A stretch of 62,346 bases of DNA, counting the filler, from Nemertoderma westbladi (Eukaryota > Animalia > Xenacoelomorpha): NCBI GenBank assembly GCA_032718475.1. It is 3 parts of 3 records of this genome, joined end to end, with 100 filler letters (N's around TTAATTAATTAA, not from the genome) between each part and the next. Parts side by side here need not be neighbours in the genome. Positions count along the whole stretch, not along the records: positions 43,346 to 62,346 come from JAUCBJ010008480.1; 2 more parts are not named here. One strand, 5' to 3'. A model generated the notes under the pieces. The model was not told the origin of the DNA and ran no database searches. It saw only the letters and a program-made list of their open reading frames with translations. Numbering within the stretch: position 1 is the first letter of the stretch; every line of letters begins with the position of its first letter. A program made the position numbers and the translations under genes. Shown here one piece after another: positions 49,924 to 61,824 of this stretch.

Positions 49924-50882
49924 ACCTTAAAGTAAAATAGTCCAGGCAGCCCGGGGGCGGGGGCACGCACATATTACAGTATTACAATCCATACCGGTAG
50001 TCATTAGGCCTACCGGTACTCATTATTACACAATCTTCAGATCTTATTACTATTACTTTATTAGAATTAAACTAGGATGGAGTGAAAAAAAATTCTTTAT
50101 TTTTAAGGGAAGCACTATTATTCTGATGTCAAATCGGTCTAAACTAACTTTGCAAAAAAAATTTTGATTTCGAAAAATTCTAAGCGGGCCTCACGAGAGT
50201 CACGACACTTGAAAATTTCAAATTTTTGGGAAGACAATGCCAGTTTTGAAAATCCCAGATATTTTGGATTTTTTATAAAAGTTAAGGAAGATGAAAATAT
50301 ATAATGTCAACAAATAGGTTGGAAACAAACGCCAAATGGGAAATTGTGATTTTCATTTAAATCTACCCCAGCCTCATGGCCTTTAAAATTTTGCAAAATT
50401 TGCAAAATTTCACCCCAAAAATACAGCAAACCTACTTCGTATTCTCTATAGTTGTAATCGATTTACTGGGGTTTGGAGTTCTTCCTGAGTGAAAACCCAG
50501 TCCCCTGATTTGATTACTACTATATTTCAATGCTAGAAACCCAGCTAGCTGGCTGTGAATTTGCCTTTGGATCAAATTCCCAATAAGTATAATATAAACA
50601 GTAGATAGAAAGAATGATAATTCTAAATTAGGAAAACACTAGTAAAACATTTCAAAACACTGTAAAGCACCCGGAAAACAGTAAAAATATTGATCAACAG
50701 GAAATTTAATACATCTATTACAGTGAATGGTTGGTAATCTTAAATGTACTCCTTGCATAGCACACATTAAGTAATTTCCCTAAAACATAGGGAAAACATT
50801 ATAAACCCTCTGGAAAACAGACACATAACAAACTTTTCCTCTCATATTTTACCATTTCGTTAATCACAATAATAGTGCAACG

Positions 50883-52234
50883 TAGACGTTGCATGCAATC
50901 AGTGATCAGCTGACGGCTGTCAGCTGATCAGTAGGTTTCGCCCCATGGGGGCTTTCTCAAGTAGCTAGTGCTAGAAAGGAGACAATAGATAGAAGTTCCC
51001 AAGGGAGACGGGACGGTAAAGTGAAACAAGGTAGAAGTGTATCCGTCTAACCACTGGGAAGCAGCACCTCAAACTTGCGCCAATCACGTTTCTGCTTGTT
51101 AATAGCTGGCTGGCGAGTGCGTATACATTTCTAGTTTTAGCAGGACAGGACGCAAAGGGTGCCGTGCAATAACCTTGAAGTGTTTGAACAACTCTCGCCA
51201 GTCGGTCAACCAACGTGTGTTGGGCTCCCCGCGGTGCGTCATGATATGGTTGTGAACTGTCTTGCCTTGTTCACTACCATCATTGGCCGACCCGTCTTGA
51301 TGCTGTCTAACGCGTTCAAATAAGTGTTGGATGGTATGTCCAACATATTCCCCCTTACAGGAGGGACAAGCAAATGAATACACGACGTTAGAAGCCAGAA
51401 TATCGGGAACCGGATGTTTCAATGATGGCAGTGATTGGCGCAGTTTGGCAGTTGTGTAAACAAACCGCACTGGCCGTGCGCAAGATCTCGGTACTAGACC
51501 ACGTAGCCTACGAACGAAAAGTTCGGTGCCCGACCGCGGTACTCAAACTTACAGATGATAGGCCTGGGATTATCTACGGGTGCTGGATCCACCAGGTCAA
51601 TGACCTCAGTGGGTGCAACCGCAGTCACCTCGCTCTCACTACAATTGCCAGGACGCCCCCTAGCGGCACGGACGGCGGTAAGCTCGCGTTGAATCATCGC
51701 ATTCGTATATTGGTTATTGCTAAGAATGGTGTTAGCTTCGCCAATTGCAGAATGGAGCTGGGAGCCATCCCCGCCCTTACTGACGTTGAAAATGCGATGA
51801 AACATTCCACGAACTACCCCCCGTTTGTATGCCTCAGGGGCACACGCAGTAGCATTAAGAACAAGCCCGGTATCTGTAGGCTTGCGGTACCACGCCGTCG
51901 CAAGCGCGTGATCAGTACGGGACACAACCAAATCAAGGAAAGGCAAGCGGCCCTGTTCCTCCAACTCAAGTGTAAACTTAAGATTGGGGTGGAGGGCATT
52001 GACCTCTCTCAGCTTCTCAGTGGGGTCGTTACTACCAACGCTAAACACGTCATCAACGTACCTATCGCTAAGCTTGGTACCCGCCGCGATCTGCTCATCG
52101 AACTGTGACAGAAAGATGTTGGCGAGTATGGGACCCAAAGGGGAGCCCATGGCGACACCATCCCTCTGACAACGGTAGTTACCACGGTGATCAGCTGACA
52201 GCCGTCAGCTGATCACTGATTGCATGCAAGTCTA
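50883..52234 (-). mobile_element. 5'-truncated Penelope-like element (RT plus GIY-YIG) with inverted terminal pseudo-LTR fragments
   Basis: GVAMGSPLGP, RYVDD, FTLE..LPFLDL, YRKPT; VVYSFACPSC..YVGHT..RVRQH; frameshift near 51500. ~47-bp inverted repeats at 50883-50930 and 52188-52234. Confidence 0.93.
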
Positions 52235-52382
52235 ATGGTCAGTTGCTTTTTTATTTTAGTATTTGTATCGTACTGTACTGGCATACCTACCGGTAAGGTT
52301 TTTTACTTCAGCTTGACAATTAAAGAATAAAATAATTGTATTAACTCAAGCATTCAATTATTAATAGTGCAACGCCACCTAC

Positions 52383-52603
52383 CGGTCTAACTCGACAACG
52401 GTTCCTTCAGGTTCCGGTTGATTGGGATAGAATAATCTGGCTCTGTACAATCCTATATCGACTTCTCTCGCTAGATGACGCAATGGAGGCAGCACGGCGT
52501 ACACCGAGCGGTCCCCTGTCTCACACATCGTAACCTTGCCGTCTATACGCAGTTTCGCTCGAAGGATTGTCCCTTTGAGAATACAACCGGAGTCAACCAA
52601 AAA
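52383..52603 (-). other. Possible upstream (5'UTR) exon of the FN3 receptor gene
   Basis: GC-richer island bounded by TTTCAG| (52604) and |GTAGGT (52382), on the same strand as the receptor, whose coding exon begins with an acceptor. Confidence 0.45.
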
Positions 52604-52837
52604 CTGAAATAAATTTTAAAAAAACGATAAAAGAAATTGAGTTGCTCGTGGTATATATTTAAGTTAAATTGTATTTCAGTGATAATTATCAAATAGGAGC
52701 AGGTTACCGCGGCATTAAAAGGCCTAATTCTTCTAACCATAACAATAAACGAGTGTCAAAATCATAGTTTTTGTTTCATCTTTGCTCACACTCAGCTGTT
52801 ATTTGCGTCGGTTTCTCTGTGGAGGGTTCAATTCCTA

Positions 52838-53606
52838 CCTGCCAAGTACCTAACTGATCTAGACTTTGCTGAGGACTTAGGAGTACTCTCAGAATCACTA
52901 GAGGGAGCCCAACGCCTCCTCAGCTCATTAGAACATGCTGCTTCTAGTGTTGGTCTTTTTATTAACTCCAGAAAGACCAAAATTTTTACAGTTAACTTTG
53001 AAAGTCCTCAGCAAGTCTCTGATCGGATGAGCATAAGCTCAAAAGATGGTATGCTTGAGCATGTGGATGACTTCTGTTACCTGGGATCATGGTTCCGGAA
53101 GTCAGGTGAGGACCTTCGAATACGTAAGGGAAAGGCATGGGCAGCCTTGAATAGGCTTTCCAGGATTTGGAAGAATTTATCAGAAACTTAAGGTCCGATT
53201 ATTTAGAGCAGCAGTAGTTCCAGTACTCCTCTATGGGAGTCCATGCTGGGGTCTAACTGCTGAGGACACCAAATCTCTGGATGGCACATTCACAAGAATG
53301 CTACGCCGGGTTCATTGTGTCAAGTACAATGCACACATCTCCAATCAGACACTATATAACATTGCAGGTGTCTCATTGGTTCCCCCAAGCCTGACACTAG
53401 AACAAAATCGCCTCCGCTTTGCAGGACATTGCTTTCGCCGTGAGACTTTCTTGAGACGCATCTTAAAGGACACTGGCCTTGAAGATGTGGATGATCTAGC
53501 AAATGTCATGGATGATAGGGAATTCTGGCGGCGCAATTTTGTCGACAAGCCGGCACAGCATTCTTAATAATGCAGCTGCAATGCAGCATGCCGATCCTAG
53601 TAGTAG
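52838..53606 (+). mobile_element. 5'-truncated RTE family B (copy 5) with small internal deletions
   Basis: Matches about 5616-6454; ends GCCGATCC(TAG)3. Confidence 0.95.
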
Positions 53607-53734
53607 TCAAATTACGTTATTTAAATGTGACGATTAGTGGCCGTATTAATATACATACACCAAAAATTACAATAAGTTGTGATTTTGTTTTAATCGTTAA
53701 TTACCAATGAAAATTTCTAGTTTTGGTTTTTATA

Positions 53735-54300
53735 GGTTTTCGATGGTGCTGAGTACAGTGGAAGCAATTAAATTATCAGAAAATTAATATAAATGGTATT
53801 TTTCATGTGGGTGCTCAATGCTGTGAAATTTTCAAGTAGCAAGATTTTGCGAAATGTTGGAATGTGTTTTAAACTTTTGAAAAATTTTAATTTAGGAGTT
53901 TTCGAGGGCGCTGAGTACATTGGAAGCAATTAAAATATCACAAAATTTATATAGATAAATGCTATTTTTCATGTGGGTGCTCATTGCTGTGAAATTTTCA
54001 AGTAGCAAGATTTTGCGAAATGTTGGAATGTGTTTTAAACTTTCGAAAAATTTTATTTTGGGAGTTTTTTCGAGGGCGCTGAGTACATTGGCAGCAATTA
54101 AAATATCACAAAATTAATATAGAGAAATGCTATTTCTCATGTGGGTGCTCATTGCTATGTTGGAATGTGTTTTAAACTTTTTTTATTTTGGTCGTTTTCG
54201 AGGGCGCTGAGTACAGAGGAAGCAATTATAATATCACAAAAGTTATATAAATGCTATTTTTCGACTGTGTGCTCAATGCTGCGAAATCTTCACGTAGCAA
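53735..54300. repeat. ~130-170-bp tandem repeats (4 copies), probably subterminal repeats of the adjacent DNA transposon
   Basis: TTTTCGAGGGCGCTGAGTACA..AGCAATTA recurs near 53737, 53900, 54067 and 54195. Confidence 0.85.
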
Positions 54301-54612
54301 TTACTGTACACTGAACAATTACCCTTGACTATTATTATACTGAATAAATATAAATATCATTTTTCTGACTCTCTGTGTAAGATCCTACACTGCCTACATT
54401 AATAGCTGCCAGATAATGTTATAACGTTGTCATGGAAACACAATGTATAATTATATTCTAGAACATTATCAGCTGGCATTTTGTTGTCAAGCTATCAGGT
54501 AGTCCAGGTACCGGTTGCAATACTTACATTGACATTTAGTGGCGTCTTATTGTCTAGATCAGTATACAAAGCTATACATTATACATTATTTTCTTGTTTC
54601 AAAAAGTGTAAT

Positions 54613-56909
54613 ATGCCTAATAAGGCTCGAATTCATGACGACTGTAGAGCTTGCATCTGTTTATTATGTTTTAATAAGGCCAAGGACATACGTAAGATAA
54701 CTCCGGCCCTCGATATTACAATTCGTGAACATTGCATTACTGGATACAATTCAAATGATGAGCGCCTTCCAACTTCAACATGTGGTTCTTGTCGCATTGT
54801 ATTACATCAATATGTGGTTCTTGTCGCATTGTATTACAACAATATGCTAAAGGTATTTATACATCATCAATAAACGTCTTCGATCATTCCCTATTAGTTT
54901 CATTATATAATAGGCCTACAAGATCAGAAAAAAAATGTGTTTGTCTTGTCTGCAAAATTCTACGTACTACTATCGGAAAGCCTCTTGCTGAAGAGTCTCA
55001 AAGTTACCAATAGGGTGCCCAAAAGATTCAGTTCCATTGCGAGCAGTAAATGCAAAACCTGAAGTTATCAAGATTTCTTCATTTTGTTTTGGAAATATAG
55101 GAAAAGGATTTAATCATTCTTGCAACCGCATTGCAAGAACAAAAAACGTAACTGAGTTACTCACAGCTTCCTCTCCAACTGCGGCCCAAAAGGTAACCTC
55201 TTCAGCGTTGCTACAAACAGCCGGCAAGCAATGGAAGTGGTGATTTTGATGTAAAAAGGACAAATTCTAATCATTAAAGGTTTCACTTCCAGCTTCTAAG
55301 AAATTGACGACCAGTGATAAATCCAATTATGTGAAACGTTCATTTACTGCTGACCATATTTCTACTATCCAACAAGATTTAAGCTTAAGAAATCGTGCAA
55401 CTCTTCAACTGGGATCTGATATTAGATCCCAGTAAATCATTTCTTGACTCAGGATGCGAGCGACCGCGGCGAGCGGCAGTGGATAGCGGCAGTGGCAAGC
55501 GGCTGCGGCCACTTTTTAAAAATAGAACACAATTTTATATGGGTGATGATACACCACAAATGGCCGCTGCCGCTCGCCGCTCCTCTGGGTATCATACCAA
55601 AAGTGGCCACTCACAACGGCCGCTCACTGCGGCCGCTCGCCGCGGCCGCTCCTGTGGTGTATCATGGCCTTAAACAGAGGTTTCACAATCGCTACAGACT
55701 TAAAACTGTGCAATATTCTTCTTGGAATATTGGCCCATGGTTACTGCCACGAGTGCCACCCTTGTTGTTGGTGTTCCATACAAAAGCAGAGTTAGAAAAC
55801 AAGGGCGAATATAGAACATTGGAATCTTTAAAGGTGTCCTTTTGGAATTAATTCGATCATGGACGTATTAGAAAAGATCGTAAAGATTTCAACAATGTTG
55901 TGCATCCTAAAATCATTACAAGTGATGATGAATCAACGTTAATCATTGATAGCATACCACCACCTGAGCTCCATCTCCTTACTGGTTCTGTCAATCACAT
56001 GTATTCCGGGTTGAAAGATATTTGGCCCGATGCTGTAAAGTGGCTAAAGTCCTGTAATGTCGAAAGTTAATGTACTGGTAGATTTACAGGTTGATCATTT
56101 TCTGGTAATGCCAGCAGAAAGCTTCAAAAGGAAGTTGATATTCTCCAGGCAATTGGGCCAAATGAAACTCTTCCATATGTCATATGTCGCTACTTTTCGT
56201 TCTTTTTCCCTGAGTTGTATCTAATTGTTATGGCACCAAGCTTGACCCTCTCTTCCAACCATACATCGATGACTTTAAGTCAAATTTCTTGTCACTTGGT
56301 ATTAGCGTAACTCCCGGCACAGTTTGGGATTGGGACCTTGGAGTGAGCAGGCATCATAATCTGTACACCACGACTTAGAGACTGTTTGGGCAAACTTTAA
56401 AGATCGTGATTTTCGTGAATGTTCTATTTTAGAATCTACGACGTATTGCATGTTAAATTTTAAAAATGTTGGTGCAGCGTGTTGCTGGACTCCCCACACC
56501 AGCGTGTCTAGTTCTTATAGTGATTCGTTGACTACTGATGGAAATTCAAGGTCATGCATGGAGAACAATTAGATGCAAAAGCATAACCATGCCACTTTTC
56601 AACGCCCGTATCTCAGTTATTTCTCAACCAAATTCAAATATTTTTACATATTTAGAATCCTTGCACAGCCAGCTCTCTAACAGTACCAACAAATCACTAT
56701 AAGGTTAAACAATACCTCCTGTGGAACTGGTACAATATCGCCTGAGACACTTTTTTAAAACGCATGTAGCTAAAGTTTGAAATCAAAAATAAAAATTATG
56801 GCTCACCCACGGAGGTGGGGGTAGGTGAAACCATCTGCAGGAAATAAATTTCATACAATATCATTAAGATTTGTACAAAAAATTTAAAGTCAAACTCAGA
56901 GCAACTGTG
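54613..56909 (+). mobile_element. Decayed Chapaev-like (CMC) DNA transposase with right terminus ...GCAACTGTG
   Basis: N-terminal Zn motif HDDCRACICLLC..LPTSTCGSC; IPPPELHLLTG (near 55954); GISVTP; GLGPWSEQA..VHHD (near 56340). Many stops and deletions. CAC-type end at 56909; left end not found. Confidence 0.65.
55458..55670. mobile_element. GC-rich fold-back MITE remnant inserted in the transposase
   Basis: GAGCGACCGCGGCGAGCGGC / GCCGCTCGCCGCGGCCGCTC inverted arms; right end ...CATGGCCT|TAA. Confidence 0.6.
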
Positions 56910-56968
56910 ATTAATCCAAATATAAATTGCACATTATTTAAATATATACGCGAAACTTACTACTACTA

Positions 56969-59900
56969 CCTCCTCCGGTGCAGCACCGCTGTTTATATCC
57001 CCGCTCCTCCGGTGCAGCACCGCTGTTTAAATTCCATCCTCCTCCGGTTCAACACTGATGTTTCTATTGCCTCTCCTCCAGTGCAACATCGCTACTTCTA
57101 TTCCCCTCCTCCGGTGCAAAACCGCTGTTTTTATCCCCCTCCTCCGGTGCAAAACCGCTGTTTTTATCCCCCTACTCCGGTGCAACACCGCTGTTTCTAT
57201 TCCCCCTCCTCCGGTGCAACATGGCTGTTTATATTCCCACCTCTTACGGTGCAACACCGCTGTTTATATTCCCCACCTCCGGTGCAACACCGCTGTTTCT
57301 ATTCCCCGTCCTCCGGTGCAACACCGCTGTTTTTATTCCCCACCACCGGTCAGCACCGCTGTTCCTATTCCCCTCCTCCGGTGCAAAACCGCTGTTTTTA
57401 TCCCCCTACTCCGGTGCAACACCGCTGTTTCTATTCCCAATCCTACGGTGCAACACTGCTGTTTATATGCCCCACCTCCGGTGCAACACCGCTGTTTCTA
57501 TTCAACTCCTCCGGTGCAACACCGCTGTTTCTATTCCCCCTCATCCGGTGCAACACCGCTGTTTCTATTCCCTCTCCTCCGGAGAACCACCTCTGTTTCT
57601 ATCGCCCCTGCTCCGGTGCAACACCGCTGTTTCTATTCCCCCTCCTCCGGTGCAACACCGCTGTTTCTATTCCCACTCATACGGTGCAACACCGCTGTTT
57701 CTATTCCCCGTCCTCCGGTGCAACACCACTGTTTCTATTCCCCCGCCTCCGTTGAACCACCGCTGTTTCTACCCCCTCCCCGGTGCAACACCGCTGTTTC
57801 TATCCCCCCTCCTCCGGTGCAACACCGCTGTTTATATTCCCTCTCCTCCGGAGAGCCACCGCTGTTTCTATTCCCCGTCCTCCGGTGCAACACCGATGCT
57901 TCTATTCCCCTTCATCCGGTGCAACACCGCTGTTTCTATTCCCCGTCCTCCGGTGCAACACCGCTGTTTCAATTCCCCTTCATCCGGTGCAACACCGCTA
58001 TTTCTATTCCCCGTCCTCCGGTGCAACACCGCTGTTTATATTCCCCGTCCTAGGGTGCAACACCGCTGTTTCTATTCCCCGTCCTCCGGTGTAACACCGC
58101 TGTTTCTATTCCCCGTCCTCCGGTGCAACACCGCTGTTTCTATTCCCCTTCATACGGTGCAACACCGCTGTTTCTATTGCCCGTCCTCCGGTGCAACACC
58201 GCTGTTTCTATTCCCCGTCCTCCGGTGCAACACCGCTGTTTCCATTCCCCGTCCTCCGGTGCAACACCGCTGTTTCTATTCCCCGTCCTCCGGTGCAACA
58301 CCGCTGTTTCTATTCCCCTTCATCCGGTGCAACACCGCTGTTTCTATTCCCCGTCCTCTGGTGCAACACCGCTGTTTCTATTGCCCGTCCTCCGGTGCAA
58401 CACCGCTGTTTCTATTCCCCGTCATCCGGTGCAACACCGCTGTTTCTATTCCCCGTCCTCCGGTGCAACACAGCTGTTACTATTCCCCTTCATCCGGTGC
58501 AACACCGCTGTTTATATTCCCCGTCTTCCGGTGCAACACCGCTGTTTATATTCCCCTTCATCCGGTGCAACACCGCTGTTTATATTCCCCGTCCTCTGGT
58601 GCAACACCGCTGTTTCTATTCCCCGTCCTCTGGTGCACCACCGCTGTTTCTATTGCCCGTCCTCCGGTGCAACACCGCTGTTTCTATTCCCCGTCATCCG
58701 GTGCAACACCGCTGTTTCTATTCCCCGTCCTCCGGTGCAACACAGCTGTTACTATTCCCCTTCATCCGGTGCAACACCGCTGTTTCTATTCCCCGTCCTT
58801 CGGTGCAACACCGCTGTGTCTATTCCCCGTCATCCGGTGCAACACCGCTGTTTCTATTCCCCGTCCTCCAGTGCAACACCGCTGTTACTATTCCCTTTCA
58901 TCCGGTGCAACACCGCTGTTTATATTCCCCGTCTTCCGGTGCAACACCGCTGTTTCTATTCCCCGTCCTCCGGTGCAACACCGCTGTTTCCATTCCCCGT
59001 CCTCCGGTGCAACACCGCTGTTTCTATTCCCCGTCCTCCGGTGCAACACCGCTGTTTCTATTCCCCTTCATCCGGTGCAACACCGCTGTTTCTATTCCCC
59101 GTCCTCCGGTGCAACACCGCCGTTTCTATTCCCCGTCCTCCGGTGCAACACCGCTGTTTCTATTCCCCTTCATCCGGTGCAACACCGCTGTTTCTATTGC
59201 CCGTCCTCCGGTGCAACACCGCTGTTTCTATTCCCCGTCCTCTGGTGCAACACCGCTGTTTCTATTCCCCTCCATCCGGTGCAACACCGCTGTTTCTATT
59301 GCCCGTCCTCCGGTGCAACACCGCTGTTTCTATTCCCCGTCATCCGGTGCAACACCGCTGTTTCTATTCCCCGTCCTCCGGTGCAACACCGCTGTTACTA
59401 TTCCCCTTCATCCGGTGAAACACCGCTGTTTATATTCCCCGTCTTCCGGTGCAACACCGCTGTTTCTATTCCCCGTCCTCCGGTGCAACACCGCTGTTTC
59501 CATTCCCCGTCCTCCGGTGCAACACCGCTGTTTCTATTCCCCGTCCTCCGGTGTAACACCACTGTTTCTATTCCCCGTCCTCCGGTGCAACACCGCTGTT
59601 TCTATTCCCACTCATACGGCGCAACACCGCTGTTTCTATTCCCCTTCATCCGGTGCAACACCGCTGTTTCTATTCCCCGTCCTCCGGTGCAACACCGCTG
59701 TATCTATCCCCCGTCCTCCGGTGCAACACCGCTGTTTCTATTCCCCGTCCTCCGGTGCAACACCGCTGTTTATATTCCCCGTCCTCCGGTACAACACCGC
59801 TGTTTCTATTCCCCGTCCTCCGGTGCAACACCGCTGTTTCTATTCCCCGTCCTCCGGTGCAACACCGCTGTTTCTATTCCCCGTCCTCCGGTGCAACACC

Positions 59901-60165
59901 GCTGTTTTTATTCCCCGTCCTCCGGTGCAACACCGCTGTTTCTATTCCCCGTCCTCCGGTGCAACACCGCTATGTCTATTCCCCGTCCTCCGGTGCAACA
60001 CCGCTGTTTCTATTCCCCGTCCTCCGGTGCAACACCGCTGTTTCTATTCCCCGTCCTCCGGTGCAACACCGCTGTTTCTATTCCCCATCCTCCGGTGCAA
60101 CACCGCTGTTTCTATTCCCCATCCTCCGGTGCAACACCGCTGTTTATATTCCCCTTCCTCCGGTG
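56969..60165. repeat. 34-bp minisatellite, ~3.2 kb (roughly 94 units), overlapping the DDX28 C-terminus
   Basis: Consensus CCGGTGCAACACCGCTGTTTCTATTCCCCGTCCT with a CGGTG-CAA-CACCG hairpin. Confidence 0.97.
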
Positions 60166-61824
60166 AACCCGCGCAACTAGCCGCCTCTTTATGTTCCCAT
60201 CGACCCGGTCGAGCGGTAAGTTGTACCGGACGGCCGTCTCGATCCGTCGCAACAGTTCCACATCCCAGGGGAACGCGATGAAGCTGGTAACCCGAGAGCC
60301 GAGGCTCTGGGAGACCCGGCCAACCCTCCCGCTACGATGGAGGTACGTCGCCGCGTCCTGCGGGAAGTGGTAGTTAATCACGTGATCCACGCAGCGCGTG
60401 TCCAGCCCTCGGGACGCAACGTCCGTCGCCAGACACACGCTAACCTCCCCGGAGATCAGTCTACCCAGCTCGTCGACGCGTTTACGTCCGTCTACACGGC
60501 TGTGAACCCGTACGAACTCAATCCCCTGCTGATCCAACATCGCGGAAAGGAAGTTCACGTGTCGCCAACTCCCAGCGAACACGAGAACTTTGTTCCCGCG
60601 CGACAAATCCTCCTTCACAAGAGTAATAAGTTTAGGAACCCGATCGGACTTATTGATACGAATGAAAGTTTGGGTTACGTTGGGTTTAACCCGGTGCAGT
60701 TCGTGGCTGCGGGTCTCCACTAGGTTGTCTACAGGTACAACGTTGGATAGAATAGCGCGGAACTCTTTGGGTACCGTCGCCCCGACCAGACATAGCTGAC
60801 TGTCCGCAGACACCCCTTGCGGCGTGTAACTCCCTCGTTTATTGTCGTTTCTTATGAAACCCCCGGGTACAGGAACCGATAAATCTATTTCGAATTTCCC
60901 GTCGGTTTCCTTCCCGGTAAAGTTTATCTGTGGTGTGGCTATCGGGGTCGACTGGATTATCCTTTTGGTCAGCAGTTGGTAGGAATCGTCCAACATTGTG
61001 TCCATCTCGTCGACGACTAAATGTTTCACTTGATGGAGCGACAAATAACGACGACGCGCGAAATAATCCAGGGCCCCGGGCGTTGCGACGACGAGGTGCG
61101 CGGGTTGCGTCGCCCGTCGCACGTTCGTCCGTCGTCTCCTCCCGCCCTCCACGCTCGCTACGCTCATACCCGACCCCGCGCACAGCCCGCGCGCCACGCC
61201 GACCACCTGACGGCACAGTTCCCGCGTGGGTACCAGCACCACGGCCCGCGGAAGTCCGGGACTCAGTCCAAACATCCCGGCCAACCACTCCCCGTACACC
61301 CGGTGCAGCACCGGAACCAAGTAGGCCAAGGTCTTCCCGCTGCCGCACTCGGCTGCGCAAACAACGCTGCGACCGGCCAACAGCAACGGGATCAGTTTCA
61401 ACTGCACCGCGGTCGGTTGAGTAACCTTAGTGACAGACAAAGCTTCCAGCATCCAGGGGTGCAACTCGAACTGTTGGAAGTCTGGGTTCCCCAGTCTGTC
61501 TGTGTTTGTGGAGGGGTTACCTTTGTACGGTAGGATACTGAAACGTGCCTGTCTGCGAGCTGCCCGTCTACCCATCCAGTCCCGACACGCCAACACAGGC
61601 GGCTTGTCAGACTTTCCGTAACGCATCGATGTGTAGTGGTTGTAGTGTTTATCTTCACAAGATATTACGAGTTTACCTCGGGTTTCCGGGTCCACGGATC
61701 GTTTCAGTCGGTCTAGTTTTTTAGATAGTAGAAATTTCGGAGTTCGTATTATATTTCGGGAAGTGGAAGTAGGTCCATGTGTGGTGGTAGTATAGCATCG
61801 CGTAAAGCAAAAGTTAAAAAACAT
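60112..61824 (-). CDS. DDX28: Mitochondrial DEAD-box RNA helicase DDX28, intronless
   Basis: Q motif PTAVQ, AECGSGKTLAY, PTREL, TPG, VVDEMDTMLDDSY, GAT as motif III (DDX28-typical), DVASRGLD, YLHRSGRVGR. N-terminal LVISC...LA..W segment and basic presequence-like start. Confidence 0.88.
   Translation of the reverse strand: MFFNFCFTRCYTTTTHGPTSTSRNIIRTPKFLLSKKLDRLKRSVDPETRGKLVISCEDKHYNHYTSMRYGKSDKPPVLACRDWMGRRAARRQARFSILPYKGNPSTNTDRLGNPDFQQFELHPWMLEALSVTKVTQPTAVQLKLIPLLLAGRSVVCAAECGSGKTLAYLVPVLHRVYGEWLAGMFGLSPGLPRAVVLVPTRELCRQVVGVARGLCAGSGMSVASVEGGRRRRTNVRRATQPAHLVVATPGALDYFARRRYLSLHQVKHLVVDEMDTMLDDSYQLLTKRIIQSTPIATPQINFTGKETDGKFEIDLSVPVPGGFIRNDNKRGSYTPQGVSADSQLCLVGATVPKEFRAILSNVVPVDNLVETRSHELHRVKPNVTQTFIRINKSDRVPKLITLVKEDLSRGNKVLVFAGSWRHVNFLSAMLDQQGIEFVRVHSRVDGRKRVDELGRLISGEVSVCLATDVASRGLDTRCVDHVINYHFPQDAATYLHRSGRVGRVSQSLGSRVTSFIAFPWDVELLRRIETAVRYNLPLDRVDGNIKRRLVARVHRRKGNINSGVAPEDGE

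Noticed and set aside
51422-52108. 228-aa plus-strand ORF and similar antisense ORFs over RT genes, the receptor and DDX28
   Set aside because: Shadows of real opposite-strand coding sequence with no motifs of their own.
56871-60281. Long plus-strand ORFs (981, 696, 431, 331 aa)
   Set aside because: Artefacts of a 34-bp unit that lacks stops on this strand; the same peptides cycle through all three frames.
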